DNA from: a virus
Virus record (IMG/VR): IMGVR_UViG_3300046333_000120
DNA length: 64,000 nt
Direction: 5' to 3' (one strand)
Shown one piece after another: positions 1 to 9,897 of this stretch. The notes beneath the pieces are model-generated. The model was not told the origin of the DNA. It did not search any database and saw nothing but the letters and a program-made list of their open reading frames with translations. A program made the translations under genes and the position numbers. Every line of letters starts with the position of its first letter. Positions within the stretch are counted from its first letter, which is position 1.

Positions 1-1166
1 AAGGAGATCAAGGTTTCCAAGGTACTATTGGAGTACAAGGTCTTAAAGGAGATCAAGGTTTCCAAGGTAATCAAGGTCTTAAAGGAGATCAAGGTTTCCA
101 AGGTACTATTGGAGTACAAGGTCTTAAAGGAGATCAAGGTTTCCAAGGTAATATTGGAGCACAAGGTAATATTGGAGCACAGGGTAATATTGGAGCACAG
201 GGTACACAAGGAATTGGTTACGTATTAAGTTCATCAACATCAACTGGTATTTCTATTGCATCTAAAACATTAGTGGTAGATAAATCAACTGCCAATTCTG
301 CATATAATGTTGGAGATAGAGTTCGTATCACACCTACTCTTGCAACAACATCAGGTATGTTTGGTATAATTACAACATATTCAAGTACTAACTTAACAGT
401 TTCAGTCGATACCGTGATAGGAAGTGGATCTTATTCAAGTTGGACTATATCTATTATAGGTCTAACTGGAGCACAAGGAGCAACTGGAGCACAAGGAGCA
501 ACTGGAGCACAGGGTATTGTTGGAGCGCAGGGTATTGTTGGAGCGCAGGGTGACAGAGGTTTTCAAGGTTTCACTGGAGCACAAGGAGCAACTGGAGTAC
601 AAGGAGCCATTGGAGCACAAGGTAATGTTGGAGCACAGGGTGCCATTGGAGCACAAGGTGCGACGGGTACTGGAACACAAGGACTTCGAGGTTTCCAAGG
701 TTTCCAAGGTACAACTGGACCACAAGGTGTTATTGGAGTACAAGGTACACAAGGAGCTGGAATTCCATTAGATAATTTAACAATAACATATTCATTAGGG
801 GTAGGTACACCTGCATCTGGATTAACGGGAGATATTAGAGCAACAGGAGATATCACTGCATATTATTCTTCTGATAAACGATTAAAAACAGACATTGTTA
901 ATATTGAAAATGCATTAGAAAAAATAATGCAAGTTGGAGGTTATAACTTTAATTGGATTAATATGCCAAATATACATGGACATGTTGGCGCAGATATTGG
1001 AGTAATTGCACAAGAAATTGAAGCTATTTTACCTGATATTGTAACGACAAGACATACTGGATATAAGGCAGTTCAATATGAAAAACTTGTAGCATTATTA
1101 ATTGAAGGTATTAAAGCACAACAAGTTCAAATAGATGCATTAAACAAAAGAATAGATAATTTGTAA
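1..1166 (+). CDS. Collagen-like tail fibre with C-terminal intramolecular chaperone (peptidase S74-like); 5' truncated by the window
   Basis: Frame is open from position 3 (GDQGFQGTIGVQ...) through 1166; G-X-Y triplets; C-terminal SDKRLK...IGVIAQEIE...YKAVQYEKLVALLIEGIK motif. Confidence 0.88.
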   Translation, partial: GDQGFQGTIGVQGLKGDQGFQGNQGLKGDQGFQGTIGVQGLKGDQGFQGNIGAQGNIGAQGNIGAQGTQGIGYVLSSSTSTGISIASKTLVVDKSTANSAYNVGDRVRITPTLATTSGMFGIITTYSSTNLTVSVDTVIGSGSYSSWTISIIGLTGAQGATGAQGATGAQGIVGAQGIVGAQGDRGFQGFTGAQGATGVQGAIGAQGNVGAQGAIGAQGATGTGTQGLRGFQGFQGTTGPQGVIGVQGTQGAGIPLDNLTITYSLGVGTPASGLTGDIRATGDITAYYSSDKRLKTDIVNIENALEKIMQVGGYNFNWINMPNIHGHVGADIGVIAQEIEAILPDIVTTRHTGYKAVQYEKLVALLIEGIKAQQVQIDALNKRIDNL

Positions 1167-1186
1167 AAACTTATAAGTTTTATTTT

Positions 1187-1213
1187 AAAGGCTCCTATAT
1201 AGGGGCCTTTTTT
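1187..1213 (+). terminator. Intrinsic terminator
   Basis: aaaggctcct-atat-aggggcc followed by a T-run. Confidence 0.75.
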
Positions 1214-1229
1214 ATGTAATTTAGTTGGG

Positions 1230-1256
1230 AAACATTTAGTAAAACCACAGTATAAT
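1230..1256 (+). promoter_or_regulatory. Class II promoter AAAC-N17-TATAAT (representative of 10 copies)
   Basis: Exact 17-nt spacing, with the second box at 1251, 4011, 16459, 16815, 18813, 31139, 34189, 39973, 44732 and on the minus strand at 13299-13294. Confidence 0.7.
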
Positions 1257-1260
1257 ATGT

Positions 1261-2235
1261 ATGGAAAATGAAATGACTATTGAAAATAATCCTAAATTTT
1301 GGGTATCTAATCAAATAGGATATAGTGATTGGCCTGATTTTGGTGATGGAAATAATATCAAGCATAATAAGAATCATAAAATCGCATGTGTTTATCAGAT
1401 ATGGGGTACTGAGGGGTATATACCATATCTATATCATTCAATAATAAGTCAAATAATGTACACTGATATTGAGGAAATGGCCGATATTTTTATATTCACA
1501 GATCCTGCGCGATATGTATACACTAGTTGGTTATTTAGAAATATATTAGGACCTGATAGTATTATTGAAGTAGATTCTACTAATGCTATTAAATATATGA
1601 TACCATGCCAACCTATCTTACAGAATTATGAAATTATATCATTTATCGATGCAGATATGTTTTTTTGGTCTCCAATTACTAAAAAATATCCTTTCTATAC
1701 TAATATCGAAAGGTATATTAAAGAAAATACAAATACAATTTTATTGTTAGGAATGGATCCAACACCTGCATCAAAGGTATTATATGATAGAAAAGATACA
1801 TTATGCCCTAATATATCAAATGATAATTATATCAAATTATTAACGGATGGGAGTGGAATGTCTATGGAAGATTATGCTGATTGGATGTTAAACGATAAAT
1901 GGAAGATGAGTGGTATATTCATATATGATAATCATATATTTAAGGATCCCGAATATTATAAATATGCGATGATGCATACCGAAATTGGACAGTTATGTGA
2001 TGAAACCGTATGGAATAGCTGGATAAAGGCAAAACAAATAGAAACATTGGATGTTTCTTTAGGAATTCCATATTATTATTCATTAGAGCTAGACGACACT
2101 ATAAATACATACATAGAAGAAAATCCTAATCTGTATATGTTGCATCCTATTGTAGGGGATAGGGTAATAAATAAGCATGCTGTTGAATTATTAAATAAAA
2201 TCAAACAAGATTTTAAAGAATATGGGAAGAAGTAA
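1261..2235 (+). CDS. Hypothetical protein, probable GT-A glycosyltransferase
   Basis: ISFIDADMFF DxD motif, late CDE motif, glycosyltransferase neighbourhood. Confidence 0.45.
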   Translation: MENEMTIENNPKFWVSNQIGYSDWPDFGDGNNIKHNKNHKIACVYQIWGTEGYIPYLYHSIISQIMYTDIEEMADIFIFTDPARYVYTSWLFRNILGPDSIIEVDSTNAIKYMIPCQPILQNYEIISFIDADMFFWSPITKKYPFYTNIERYIKENTNTILLLGMDPTPASKVLYDRKDTLCPNISNDNYIKLLTDGSGMSMEDYADWMLNDKWKMSGIFIYDNHIFKDPEYYKYAMMHTEIGQLCDETVWNSWIKAKQIETLDVSLGIPYYYSLELDDTINTYIEENPNLYMLHPIVGDRVINKHAVELLNKIKQDFKEYGKK

Positions 2236-2869
2236 ATATGATGGATTAACATCTAAAATTGCTAGTGAAATACTTAATAAATGGATAAGTGAAAAATCTA
2301 AAAAAGTATCTTTCGCATTTTTAAATATAAATAGAAAAGATCTTGAATTTGATGTACATTCTAGTTTATCTATAATATGTGATAAAACAATAGGATTTGA
2401 AGTACTTGATTCCACAGGTGCAGATGGCAGAGATTTTGATGATGATGGACTATCTCAAACACCATTCATTATAATAGATTTTGCAGTAAATGAAGAATTA
2501 TTACCAAAATATTGGAGTGAAATATATTTTTATTTATGTGATGTAATTCGACATGAAATTGAACATATCACACAAGAGGGTGGAGTTATTCCAAACTATA
2601 AAAATGGTAAACCAGCAGATGACGATAGCCTACAACGAGAATTAATTAAAACCAAATTATTACCAACATGGAATTATTATTTGTTACCAAAGGAAATTGA
2701 CGCGAATTTACAAGGATTAAGATTAGAAGCAAAGAAACGTCGTAAGCCATTTATTAAAATAATTAATAAGTATTTGGATTTACAAGAATTAGAAAATACA
2801 CATCGAAATATAATTTTCGAGAGATGGAGAAGTAGGGCAAAACAAATCGGAGGAATTCCAAAATTTTAA
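2222..2869 (+). CDS. Hypothetical protein with HExxH zinc-metallopeptidase-like motif
   Basis: VIRHEIEHITQ ... YYLLPKEIDA. Confidence 0.5.
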   Translation: MGRSKYDGLTSKIASEILNKWISEKSKKVSFAFLNINRKDLEFDVHSSLSIICDKTIGFEVLDSTGADGRDFDDDGLSQTPFIIIDFAVNEELLPKYWSEIYFYLCDVIRHEIEHITQEGGVIPNYKNGKPADDDSLQRELIKTKLLPTWNYYLLPKEIDANLQGLRLEAKKRRKPFIKIINKYLDLQELENTHRNIIFERWRSRAKQIGGIPKF

Positions 2870-2875
2870 AAAAAA

Positions 2876-3796
2876 ATGCAAACATTTGATAAAATATATA
2901 TTATTAATTTAAGTAGTAATGCAGAAAGAAAAAACCATATTACAAATGAATTAAATGGAATCGGTTGGAAAAATTATGAATTTATTGATGCAGTTAATGG
3001 TGCTGAACTTAATACGATTGCTGAATTGGTTGACACAGGAATATTATCTGATACATTTATAGATCCAAATGGTTTATTAACTAAAAATATTATAGCCTGT
3101 GCATATTCACATAAGATTGCATATCGACGATTTTTAGATGATGGATACAATACTTGTTTAATTTTAGAAGATGATGCAACTATTACACCAATCGGATATA
3201 AATTTTTATTAAATAATTTACATAAAAATATAAAAATCGAATTAGAAAAAATCGATTGGGATATTTTTGTATGGGGATTAGTAGGTGATAACATTCCGAA
3301 TTATGGACATGTCCCTGGAAGTAATATTTTAGTTGAATATAAGAAATATAGTCCAGATTGGGCAGGACACGCATACCAAATAAATAGAAAAGGAGCTCAA
3401 AAATTACTAGATAATAATACTCCTATACGATTTGCAGCGGATGTAAATTTAGAAACTGCAAATTGTAACATATTTGCGACATATTTTACATTGATTGCGC
3501 AAACTGTAGGAAATTTCACTAAATTTGCATCCGATAATTTAATGGAATCATTTAAAAACACAATACACCAGGATCTATTTAATTCAGATACACTTGGCGC
3601 ATTTGCCGATAAATCTCCAATGAGTGGGCATACATCCCATGACATATACTTTAGTGCAGATCGTTCAATAAGATATGAATCTAGAAAATATATGTGTAAT
3701 ATTTCCAAAGATATCGATATTAAATCAGTTAGTTGGAAAACGTTTAAGGATGATGAAGGAACTGAATGTAAAAATTGGTGTTATATTGGTTTTTAA
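2876..3796 (+). CDS. Glycosyltransferase family 25
   Basis: IYIINL...ERK, FIDAVNG, CAYSH, LILEDDA, HAYQINRKGAQKLL motifs. Confidence 0.85.
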   Translation: MQTFDKIYIINLSSNAERKNHITNELNGIGWKNYEFIDAVNGAELNTIAELVDTGILSDTFIDPNGLLTKNIIACAYSHKIAYRRFLDDGYNTCLILEDDATITPIGYKFLLNNLHKNIKIELEKIDWDIFVWGLVGDNIPNYGHVPGSNILVEYKKYSPDWAGHAYQINRKGAQKLLDNNTPIRFAADVNLETANCNIFATYFTLIAQTVGNFTKFASDNLMESFKNTIHQDLFNSDTLGAFADKSPMSGHTSHDIYFSADRSIRYESRKYMCNISKDIDIKSVSWKTFKDDEGTECKNWCYIGF

Positions 3797-3814
3797 TTTA
3801 AAATAAAATAAAAC

Positions 3815-3982
3815 ATGTTATTAGATAGCGTTAAATATATAGTCGCCATAGGTACATCATTCACACATGGGGGCGGTCATGCCGAAGGCACAGATACTAT
3901 CAAAATATTAAATAAGTATGAAAATAACATTCCAAGTACACAAGAAGAATGTGTATGGGCATCTTTTTTAAAAATTAATTAA
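3815..3982 (+). pseudogene. 55-aa truncated SGNH/GDSL-hydrolase-like fragment
   Basis: MLLDSVKYIVAIGTSFTHGGG...VWASFLKIN*; block-I-like motif only; not in the ORF track. Confidence 0.45.
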
Positions 3983-4021
3983 ATTATAAAAACTTTTAGC
4001 ATATTTAATATATAATAAAAT

Positions 4022-4573
4022 ATGGTAAAAGAAAAATACACTACAGACCGAATCCTAATTTTTGACATTGATGATACTATTGCCATCACTGCTGCAAAAA
4101 TTGTTGTCACCGATTCAAAGACAGGAGAACTCTTTGAATTAACACCCGAAGAATTTAATAGTTATGAAAAGAATCCAAATCATATTGTTAATTTCGATCA
4201 ATTTAGATCTTTAGAAATTATGAAGGCTGGTCGTTTAATCGATAAGTACTTTAATATTCTTAAAAAGAATTATAACAGTGGTATTGCGATTGGTATTATT
4301 ACAGCACGAGATAATCAAAATATGATTTATGAATGGTTAAGATACCATGTAGGATTCCATATCGATAAGAAATTGATTTGGGCAGTTAATGATCAGGCAC
4401 ACGGATTAACAGGAACAATACAGGAAAGAAAACAGGAGGCGATGCGATGGTTCATTGAACATGGCTATACTGATATTACATTCTTTGATGATGATAAACA
4501 TAACATAAAATTAATTAATCAATTGGGAAAAGAATTAAATATTCCAATAAAAACCCACTTAGCAAAAAAATAA
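4022..4573 (+). CDS. HAD-superfamily phosphatase
   Basis: IFDIDDT motif I, ITAR motif II, FFDDD motif IV. Confidence 0.75.
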   Translation: MVKEKYTTDRILIFDIDDTIAITAAKIVVTDSKTGELFELTPEEFNSYEKNPNHIVNFDQFRSLEIMKAGRLIDKYFNILKKNYNSGIAIGIITARDNQNMIYEWLRYHVGFHIDKKLIWAVNDQAHGLTGTIQERKQEAMRWFIEHGYTDITFFDDDKHNIKLINQLGKELNIPIKTHLAKK

Positions 4574-4576
4574 TAT

Positions 4577-5659
4577 ATGAGCAATCCAAAGAAAACAAAA
4601 TCTATTTTAACATTAGTAGAAGAAGTTACTACACCTGGAATGATGCATAATAATTTATATTTGATACAAAGATTAGTTGATAAAGGAAAATTGAAAGATT
4701 ATCAAAGATTTATTATGCAATTTCCAAATGGACAATTGGCAGCAATGTTACTTAAATATTTTGAAAGCTTAACTGAAGATGATGTGGATGTATTAGTTGC
4801 CGCGATATATTCATTAGAAGATCCAACTCAATTATCTAATGTATATTACGCAGATAGAACCAACGTATGGGGTAGAATGTTTGATATGCAAGTTAGAGGA
4901 TCAGGAAAGGGAGAAGTAATAATTGCATGGCTAATAAAGGATGCATGTATACAGGGAGGTACAGAATCATTTGACGTATTAATTGGAGATAAAAAATATG
5001 AGGTTAAAGATTGGTCAAATCAAAAAAATTCATCAATATTAACCGGTGTAAAATCAAAGGTTTCTAATTTTGAATTTTGGAGAGAGATAGTAGATACAAT
5101 TAGAAGATTAGATAAATTAAGTGGATATTCAACTACACCTAAATTTAATTTTAAAAATTACTTCGATGATGGAGTATGCGATTTGGTAGATATTATTCTG
5201 GAAAGACAGCGCATGATACTATCAGGTGAATTCAATACAACAGATATTAAAAACTTTAAGAAATTCTATCAAAAGATAAATTCTATCAATAGTGAAATAT
5301 TAGGATATACCAATGTGATTTTTAGAGGACCTAATCAGATTCCAATAGAATTAAGTATTAATCCAATACAACTGAATGATATTTTAAATGAATCAATACT
5401 GGCACAAAGGTCAAGCGAAGATAACACCTTTATTTATATCTTAACAGAACTACGTAGATTAAAATATGTAAGAAATCCTGATGAATTATATAATGATATG
5501 CAATCTGCTGTAAATAAAATAGTGGAAGGAATTATGTATATTGTATATAGAGAAAATCAAATTAATATAACAAACGATTTTGTGCCACATGCAGTAAGCA
5601 TATCAAGCTTAAGATTTCTTGAAAAAAGCATAGCCAACCGACATATAATTGATATATAA
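4577..5659 (+). CDS. Hypothetical protein, possible PD-(D/E)xK nuclease fold
   Basis: GKGE...FDVLIGDKKYEVK. Confidence 0.4.
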   Translation: MSNPKKTKSILTLVEEVTTPGMMHNNLYLIQRLVDKGKLKDYQRFIMQFPNGQLAAMLLKYFESLTEDDVDVLVAAIYSLEDPTQLSNVYYADRTNVWGRMFDMQVRGSGKGEVIIAWLIKDACIQGGTESFDVLIGDKKYEVKDWSNQKNSSILTGVKSKVSNFEFWREIVDTIRRLDKLSGYSTTPKFNFKNYFDDGVCDLVDIILERQRMILSGEFNTTDIKNFKKFYQKINSINSEILGYTNVIFRGPNQIPIELSINPIQLNDILNESILAQRSSEDNTFIYILTELRRLKYVRNPDELYNDMQSAVNKIVEGIMYIVYRENQINITNDFVPHAVSISSLRFLEKSIANRHIIDI

Positions 5660-5843
5660 ATATAAATTATATGTAAGTATATGAATCAATCTGAATGGAA
5701 TACGTATATTGATACTGGATTTGTTCCTCAATATTTTATAAAGGAAATAGTTGATGGTATTAAAAATGGTAAGGATTTAAACATTAAACACCTACAGGTT
5801 TATATGACACATGGCAAAATAATAGAAATATATCTAAATAAAA

Positions 5844-6629
5844 ATGATGAAAAAAATTAAATTATTCGAGGAATTTCTTAATGAAGTTCGAGGAAAACAC
5901 AACACGGATCCAGAAGAAATAGTAGATGATATTAATTCTAGGGTTAATTTTGGTAGCGCTGCAATTAAGGACACTAAAGACGGGCCTTCAATTGTTATCT
6001 ATCTTGACAAAAAATCAGAAAGACATGGCGAAATTGTAAAGGAGCTTGAAAAAACATATAATGATGCTATCAAGTATATTCAAAGCAGTTCAAGTAAGGA
6101 TATTGTTGTGTTTAAAATTAATGAGGCATATGTTAATGAAGTTAAAATAGAAGATACTGAAATAACTGGAACTATTTCTGAATTTTATGAGCTGCAGATG
6201 CAAATTTTACAATTACAGTCTGAATTAAAGCAAAAACAGGCACAATTTAAACAATTCGATGCAAATATTCAGCCGATTATCGATGGTATGAAAGATACTG
6301 GAGATAAGTTAGGTGTAACTGAAAAATATGTGGTAAAAGTTTCGCGATTTGGATATGAAAGAACAACTGCATCATATAAAGATGCATTTGAATTAGCATT
6401 ATCGAAGGTCAATGGAGCCACTCAAAAAATATTAAATGAGGCTTTAGTCGCATCTGAAAAGGTTAGTGCAGTTTCGCATTCATACACGATAGACCAAATG
6501 AATGAGGCAAATATCTTTCAAAAAATAATGTCTACTATCAAAGATGTTGCATCTAAATTTGTTAGTATGTTTAAAAAGGAATCTAAAAACATTGATGCAG
6601 CAAATGACGATCTTAAAAAACTAGTATAA
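5844..6629 (+). CDS. Hypothetical protein with N-terminal MKKIKLFEEFLNE tag (putative internal head protein)
   Basis: Shared N-terminal motif; coiled coil. Confidence 0.55.
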   Translation: MMKKIKLFEEFLNEVRGKHNTDPEEIVDDINSRVNFGSAAIKDTKDGPSIVIYLDKKSERHGEIVKELEKTYNDAIKYIQSSSSKDIVVFKINEAYVNEVKIEDTEITGTISEFYELQMQILQLQSELKQKQAQFKQFDANIQPIIDGMKDTGDKLGVTEKYVVKVSRFGYERTTASYKDAFELALSKVNGATQKILNEALVASEKVSAVSHSYTIDQMNEANIFQKIMSTIKDVASKFVSMFKKESKNIDAANDDLKKLV

Positions 6630-7180
6630 TGAAAAAAATTAAACTATACGAAGAATTTATGAGTGATTTAGTAAATGAGAAGAAAACAACATACGATTAC
6701 GGTTGTGCAATGATATACTTTGAGTTTCCGGAAATGGAAAGCTTACATAAGCAAATAGACAAAGAAGATGTCTTTGTGGATCCTAATGATTCTACATTTG
6801 GATTAGAAACTGAACCACATTGTACTTTATTGTATGGATTACACGCTGATGTTGCAGTAAATACTATTAAAAAGATAGTAGATGGATTTGATTTTGGGGA
6901 ATGTACGATTGAAGGAGCTTCACTTTTTGAAAATGAAAAATTTGATGTACTTAAATTTGATGTAACTGGAAGTGGATTACATGATTGTAATGCTGCATTA
7001 GTAAAATTACCACACACTACTGATTATCCTAACTACCATCCTCACATGACAATAGCATACCTAAAAAATGGTATGGGTAAAAAGTATGTAGATTTATTAG
7101 GAACTGAAAAAAGAACCTTAAAACCATCCTATATAGTTTATAGTCAACCTGATGGTACTAAATCTAAAATAGATTTATAG
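6629..7180 (+). CDS. 2H phosphoesterase, Acb1/T4 gp57B-like, with MKKIKLYEEF tag
   Basis: Two HxT motifs: PHCTLLY and YHPHMTIAY. Confidence 0.8.
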   Translation: MKKIKLYEEFMSDLVNEKKTTYDYGCAMIYFEFPEMESLHKQIDKEDVFVDPNDSTFGLETEPHCTLLYGLHADVAVNTIKKIVDGFDFGECTIEGASLFENEKFDVLKFDVTGSGLHDCNAALVKLPHTTDYPNYHPHMTIAYLKNGMGKKYVDLLGTEKRTLKPSYIVYSQPDGTKSKIDL

Positions 7181-7205
7181 ATATATAAAATAAATAGAAA
7201 TTTCA

Positions 7206-8258
7206 ATGAAAAAAATAAAGTTATTTGAAGAATTTATAAGTGAATCTAAAGGATTAGAATTAGTACATGCATATGATAAAGATGGTACTATGTATGGTAC
7301 TGGAGAATTAATTAAAAAACAAGGTTCAAAATCTTTAATTAGATTTGATGGTGAAACTGAAAAATGGTTTGATAGTAAAGATGTTAAATTAGTAGAGTCT
7401 AATGAAATAGATGAAGCAACAACATCTTGGGCTAAAATGATGAAAGGTGTTAAAGATGGTGGTTCTGGACCATGGTCTTTAATTGCGATTGAAAATAATA
7501 AAGTAGTATCTCAGAAAATAGACATCAAAACTAAAGATATATTGCCTGCTCATTTCGAAGCATTGCGTAAAGAATACCCTAAAGCAAAGATTCATATTGA
7601 AGATGCAGGTGGTATCGTAGTTTGGAATGAAGCATTTAAACAATTCTTAATTGAATCAAAGGAAATGTTTCCAAATGAAATTATCGGAAACGATCAAATC
7701 CTCTTTAAGAAAGAATGGGAGAAAATGAATGGTGGCAAACTTGCTGCTAAATATAACCAATACTATAAAGGTTATGATATTGATTTTGGTGGCCATATAT
7801 TTAATACAGTTGATCAGTTAGAAAAGTACATTAAGGCTACAGAGCTTTCAAACAACCAATACCAAAAATATAAATATATGCCAGAAATTCCAATTAAAGA
7901 ATCTGTTGTAAATGAAGAAGAGGCGTATAAAGTAACTAAGAATACTTATAGAGATTATGATAGTTTAAATATTACACAATATGATAGTATTCAATTCAAA
8001 CAAGATGGTAAAAAATGGATAGTTAGAGTTGTTACTTGTCATGATAACGTAGATAAAAGTGCTCTTCAAAAACTAGGATTTGGCAATTCCGGAGATACTC
8101 GATATGGTGGAATTAGTACCTTTACTAAAAATGCTAATTGGCATGATTTAGAACTAAACAAAAAACAATTTGATGAATTGGTTAAAATAGTAGATGCTGG
8201 ATGGGCATCTCATGCCAAGGCTTTTGCTGATTTTTACAAAAATAGACAGGCAGATTAA
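7206..8258 (+). CDS. Modular hypothetical protein with MKKIKLFEEFISE tag
   Basis: Shared N-terminal motif; short modules separated by xxE linkers. Confidence 0.55.
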   Translation: MKKIKLFEEFISESKGLELVHAYDKDGTMYGTGELIKKQGSKSLIRFDGETEKWFDSKDVKLVESNEIDEATTSWAKMMKGVKDGGSGPWSLIAIENNKVVSQKIDIKTKDILPAHFEALRKEYPKAKIHIEDAGGIVVWNEAFKQFLIESKEMFPNEIIGNDQILFKKEWEKMNGGKLAAKYNQYYKGYDIDFGGHIFNTVDQLEKYIKATELSNNQYQKYKYMPEIPIKESVVNEEEAYKVTKNTYRDYDSLNITQYDSIQFKQDGKKWIVRVVTCHDNVDKSALQKLGFGNSGDTRYGGISTFTKNANWHDLELNKKQFDELVKIVDAGWASHAKAFADFYKNRQAD

Positions 8259-8260
8259 TC

Positions 8261-8548
8261 ATGAAACATATAAAACTATACGAAGACTTTGTTAACGAAG
8301 CATCGAATGGAGATAAATTAATTAAACATTTTACAGAAGAAACCGGAATTTCTCCATGGAATAAAGTAACTTTAAAAAGTGAATCTGGAACATGGACAGT
8401 ATCAAGAATTTGGTGTCCATCTGATAATGGAGGTATGAATCCTGGATTACACATTGAATTAACTAAAGGTAATTCTAGAGAACACTTTCAAGTTATGGAT
8501 GATAATGGAGCTTTAACAGAATTTGGTAAAGAAATCACAAAGAAATAA
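8261..8548 (+). CDS. Hypothetical protein with MKHIKLYEDFVNE tag
   Basis: Shared N-terminal motif. Confidence 0.55.
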   Translation: MKHIKLYEDFVNEASNGDKLIKHFTEETGISPWNKVTLKSESGTWTVSRIWCPSDNGGMNPGLHIELTKGNSREHFQVMDDNGALTEFGKEITKK

Positions 8549-8799
8549 TGAAAACAGTAAAACTATATGAAGAATTCATCAATGAAGAAGATACTAGAGA
8601 TACCCTTACTGAACTACGCGAAATGTCTTTAGGTCAACTTGAAAGAATCGCAGATTATGCAAATATGATTAAAGATCGTATGAATAAAGGAGAAACCCTA
8701 GAATCATGGATGTTTTCTCAATTAACAATATCTTTAGAAAACTTAAACGCAATCCATGATGCAATGGACGGTAATGATAAAAACCCAAACGATAATTAA
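8548..8799 (+). CDS. Hypothetical protein with MKTVKLYEEFINE tag
   Basis: Shared N-terminal motif. Confidence 0.55.
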   Translation: MKTVKLYEEFINEEDTRDTLTELREMSLGQLERIADYANMIKDRMNKGETLESWMFSQLTISLENLNAIHDAMDGNDKNPNDN

Positions 8800-8801
8800 C
8801 T

Positions 8802-9023
8802 ATGAAAAAAGTAATCTTAACAATTTTATTACTATCAACATTTGGATGTGCAACTATATTCCATAATGGACCAATTACAGAATATCAAAGAACCAAACCC
8901 TTAACAGGAGAAGCACCTAGAAAGATAAAGGTATTACCGCTAGTAGCAGATGTAATCCTATTCTGGCCAGCAACTATTGTAGATTTTGCTTCCGGAGCTA
9001 TCTATTTACCAAAAGAAAAATAA
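8802..9023 (+). CDS. Small predicted lipoprotein
   Basis: MKKVILTILLLSTFG-C lipobox; hydrophobic C-terminal segment. Confidence 0.65.
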   Translation: MKKVILTILLLSTFGCATIFHNGPITEYQRTKPLTGEAPRKIKVLPLVADVILFWPATIVDFASGAIYLPKEK

Positions 9024-9042
9024 GTAGATTACATATATAAGG

Positions 9043-9071
9043 AAAGGGACCCCCAACAAGGTCCCTTTTTT
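9043..9071 (+). terminator. Intrinsic terminator
   Basis: aaagggacc...ggtcccttttt. Confidence 0.75.
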
Positions 9072-9545
9072 AGCACCCCTAATCCTTCTGGCATGCCGCC
9101 ACAAATCCCAAATCCACCACATATAATTACAAATACTTAAGTCTTCTTAAACCCCCATGCAATCCCAAAATCATTGCTACCCCCAAGGTCCCGAGTCGAC
9201 GAAACCCCACCCCCCACCATACAATAAATAATAATCTAAATAAAGAAATAAACCAGAAGCTATAAGAACTAAATAACATACTAGATATAGATAATAAGAA
9301 AACAAGTATAAGTAATCCCGTTATCCCCCCAGTACCAGTTCTTTATATCCCCATACCCCTTATAACCCTGTAAGTATTAAAGATCTCTCAGCTCCTACAC
9401 CCGTACACGGGTAGAGGTCCCTAGGTCACCAGTTCAAGCATTCTTTATTTTAAAGGGATATATACGTGCACTCTAAGTCTCAAGGCCCCTAAGCCCTCTA
9501 ATGATATTAAGTAATATAGATATAAAGAAATCTATTAAATATAGA

Positions 9546-9700
9546 GTCCAAGGGTACCAAAGCAAAGTCCAAGGGTACCAAAGCAAAGTCCAAGGGTACC
9601 AAAGCAAAGTCCAAGGGTACCAAAGCAAAGTCCAAGGGTACCAAAGCAAAGTCCAAGGGTACCAAAGCAAAGTCCAAGGGTACCAAAGCAAAGTCCAAGG
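9546..9700. repeat. Perfect 21-bp tandem repeat GTCCAAGGGTACCAAAGCAAA, 7 copies plus 8 nt
   Basis: Units start at 9546, 9567, 9588, 9609, 9630, 9651, 9672, with a partial unit at 9693. Confidence 0.97.
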
Positions 9701-9897
9701 TCCCTACTTAAACCTCTCGCACAATTATCTCACCCCACGGGACCCCGCCGCCTGCATGCCGCCTACCCTCCGGACGCCAAAAAACCCCGCAAGCATGCTC
9801 TGTAGCACCGGCCAGCAGGGTGGCAAGGGTTTCATGGCTCTTCTGTGATTTTCTTAGAAAAGCCGACCAGACCCTAATTTGAAATTGTTAATAACTT

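Noticed and set aside
28-856. Alternative-frame and antisense ORFs over the collagen repeats (also 29162-29843)
   Set aside because: Shadows of G-X-Y codon periodicity
9546-9700. CRISPR array
   Set aside because: Units are contiguous and identical with no spacers
9473-9848. ORFs spanning the 21-bp repeat (9473-9691, 9501-9848, 9507-9698)
   Set aside because: Open only because the 21-nt unit lacks stops in those frames; no supporting leader or codon usage
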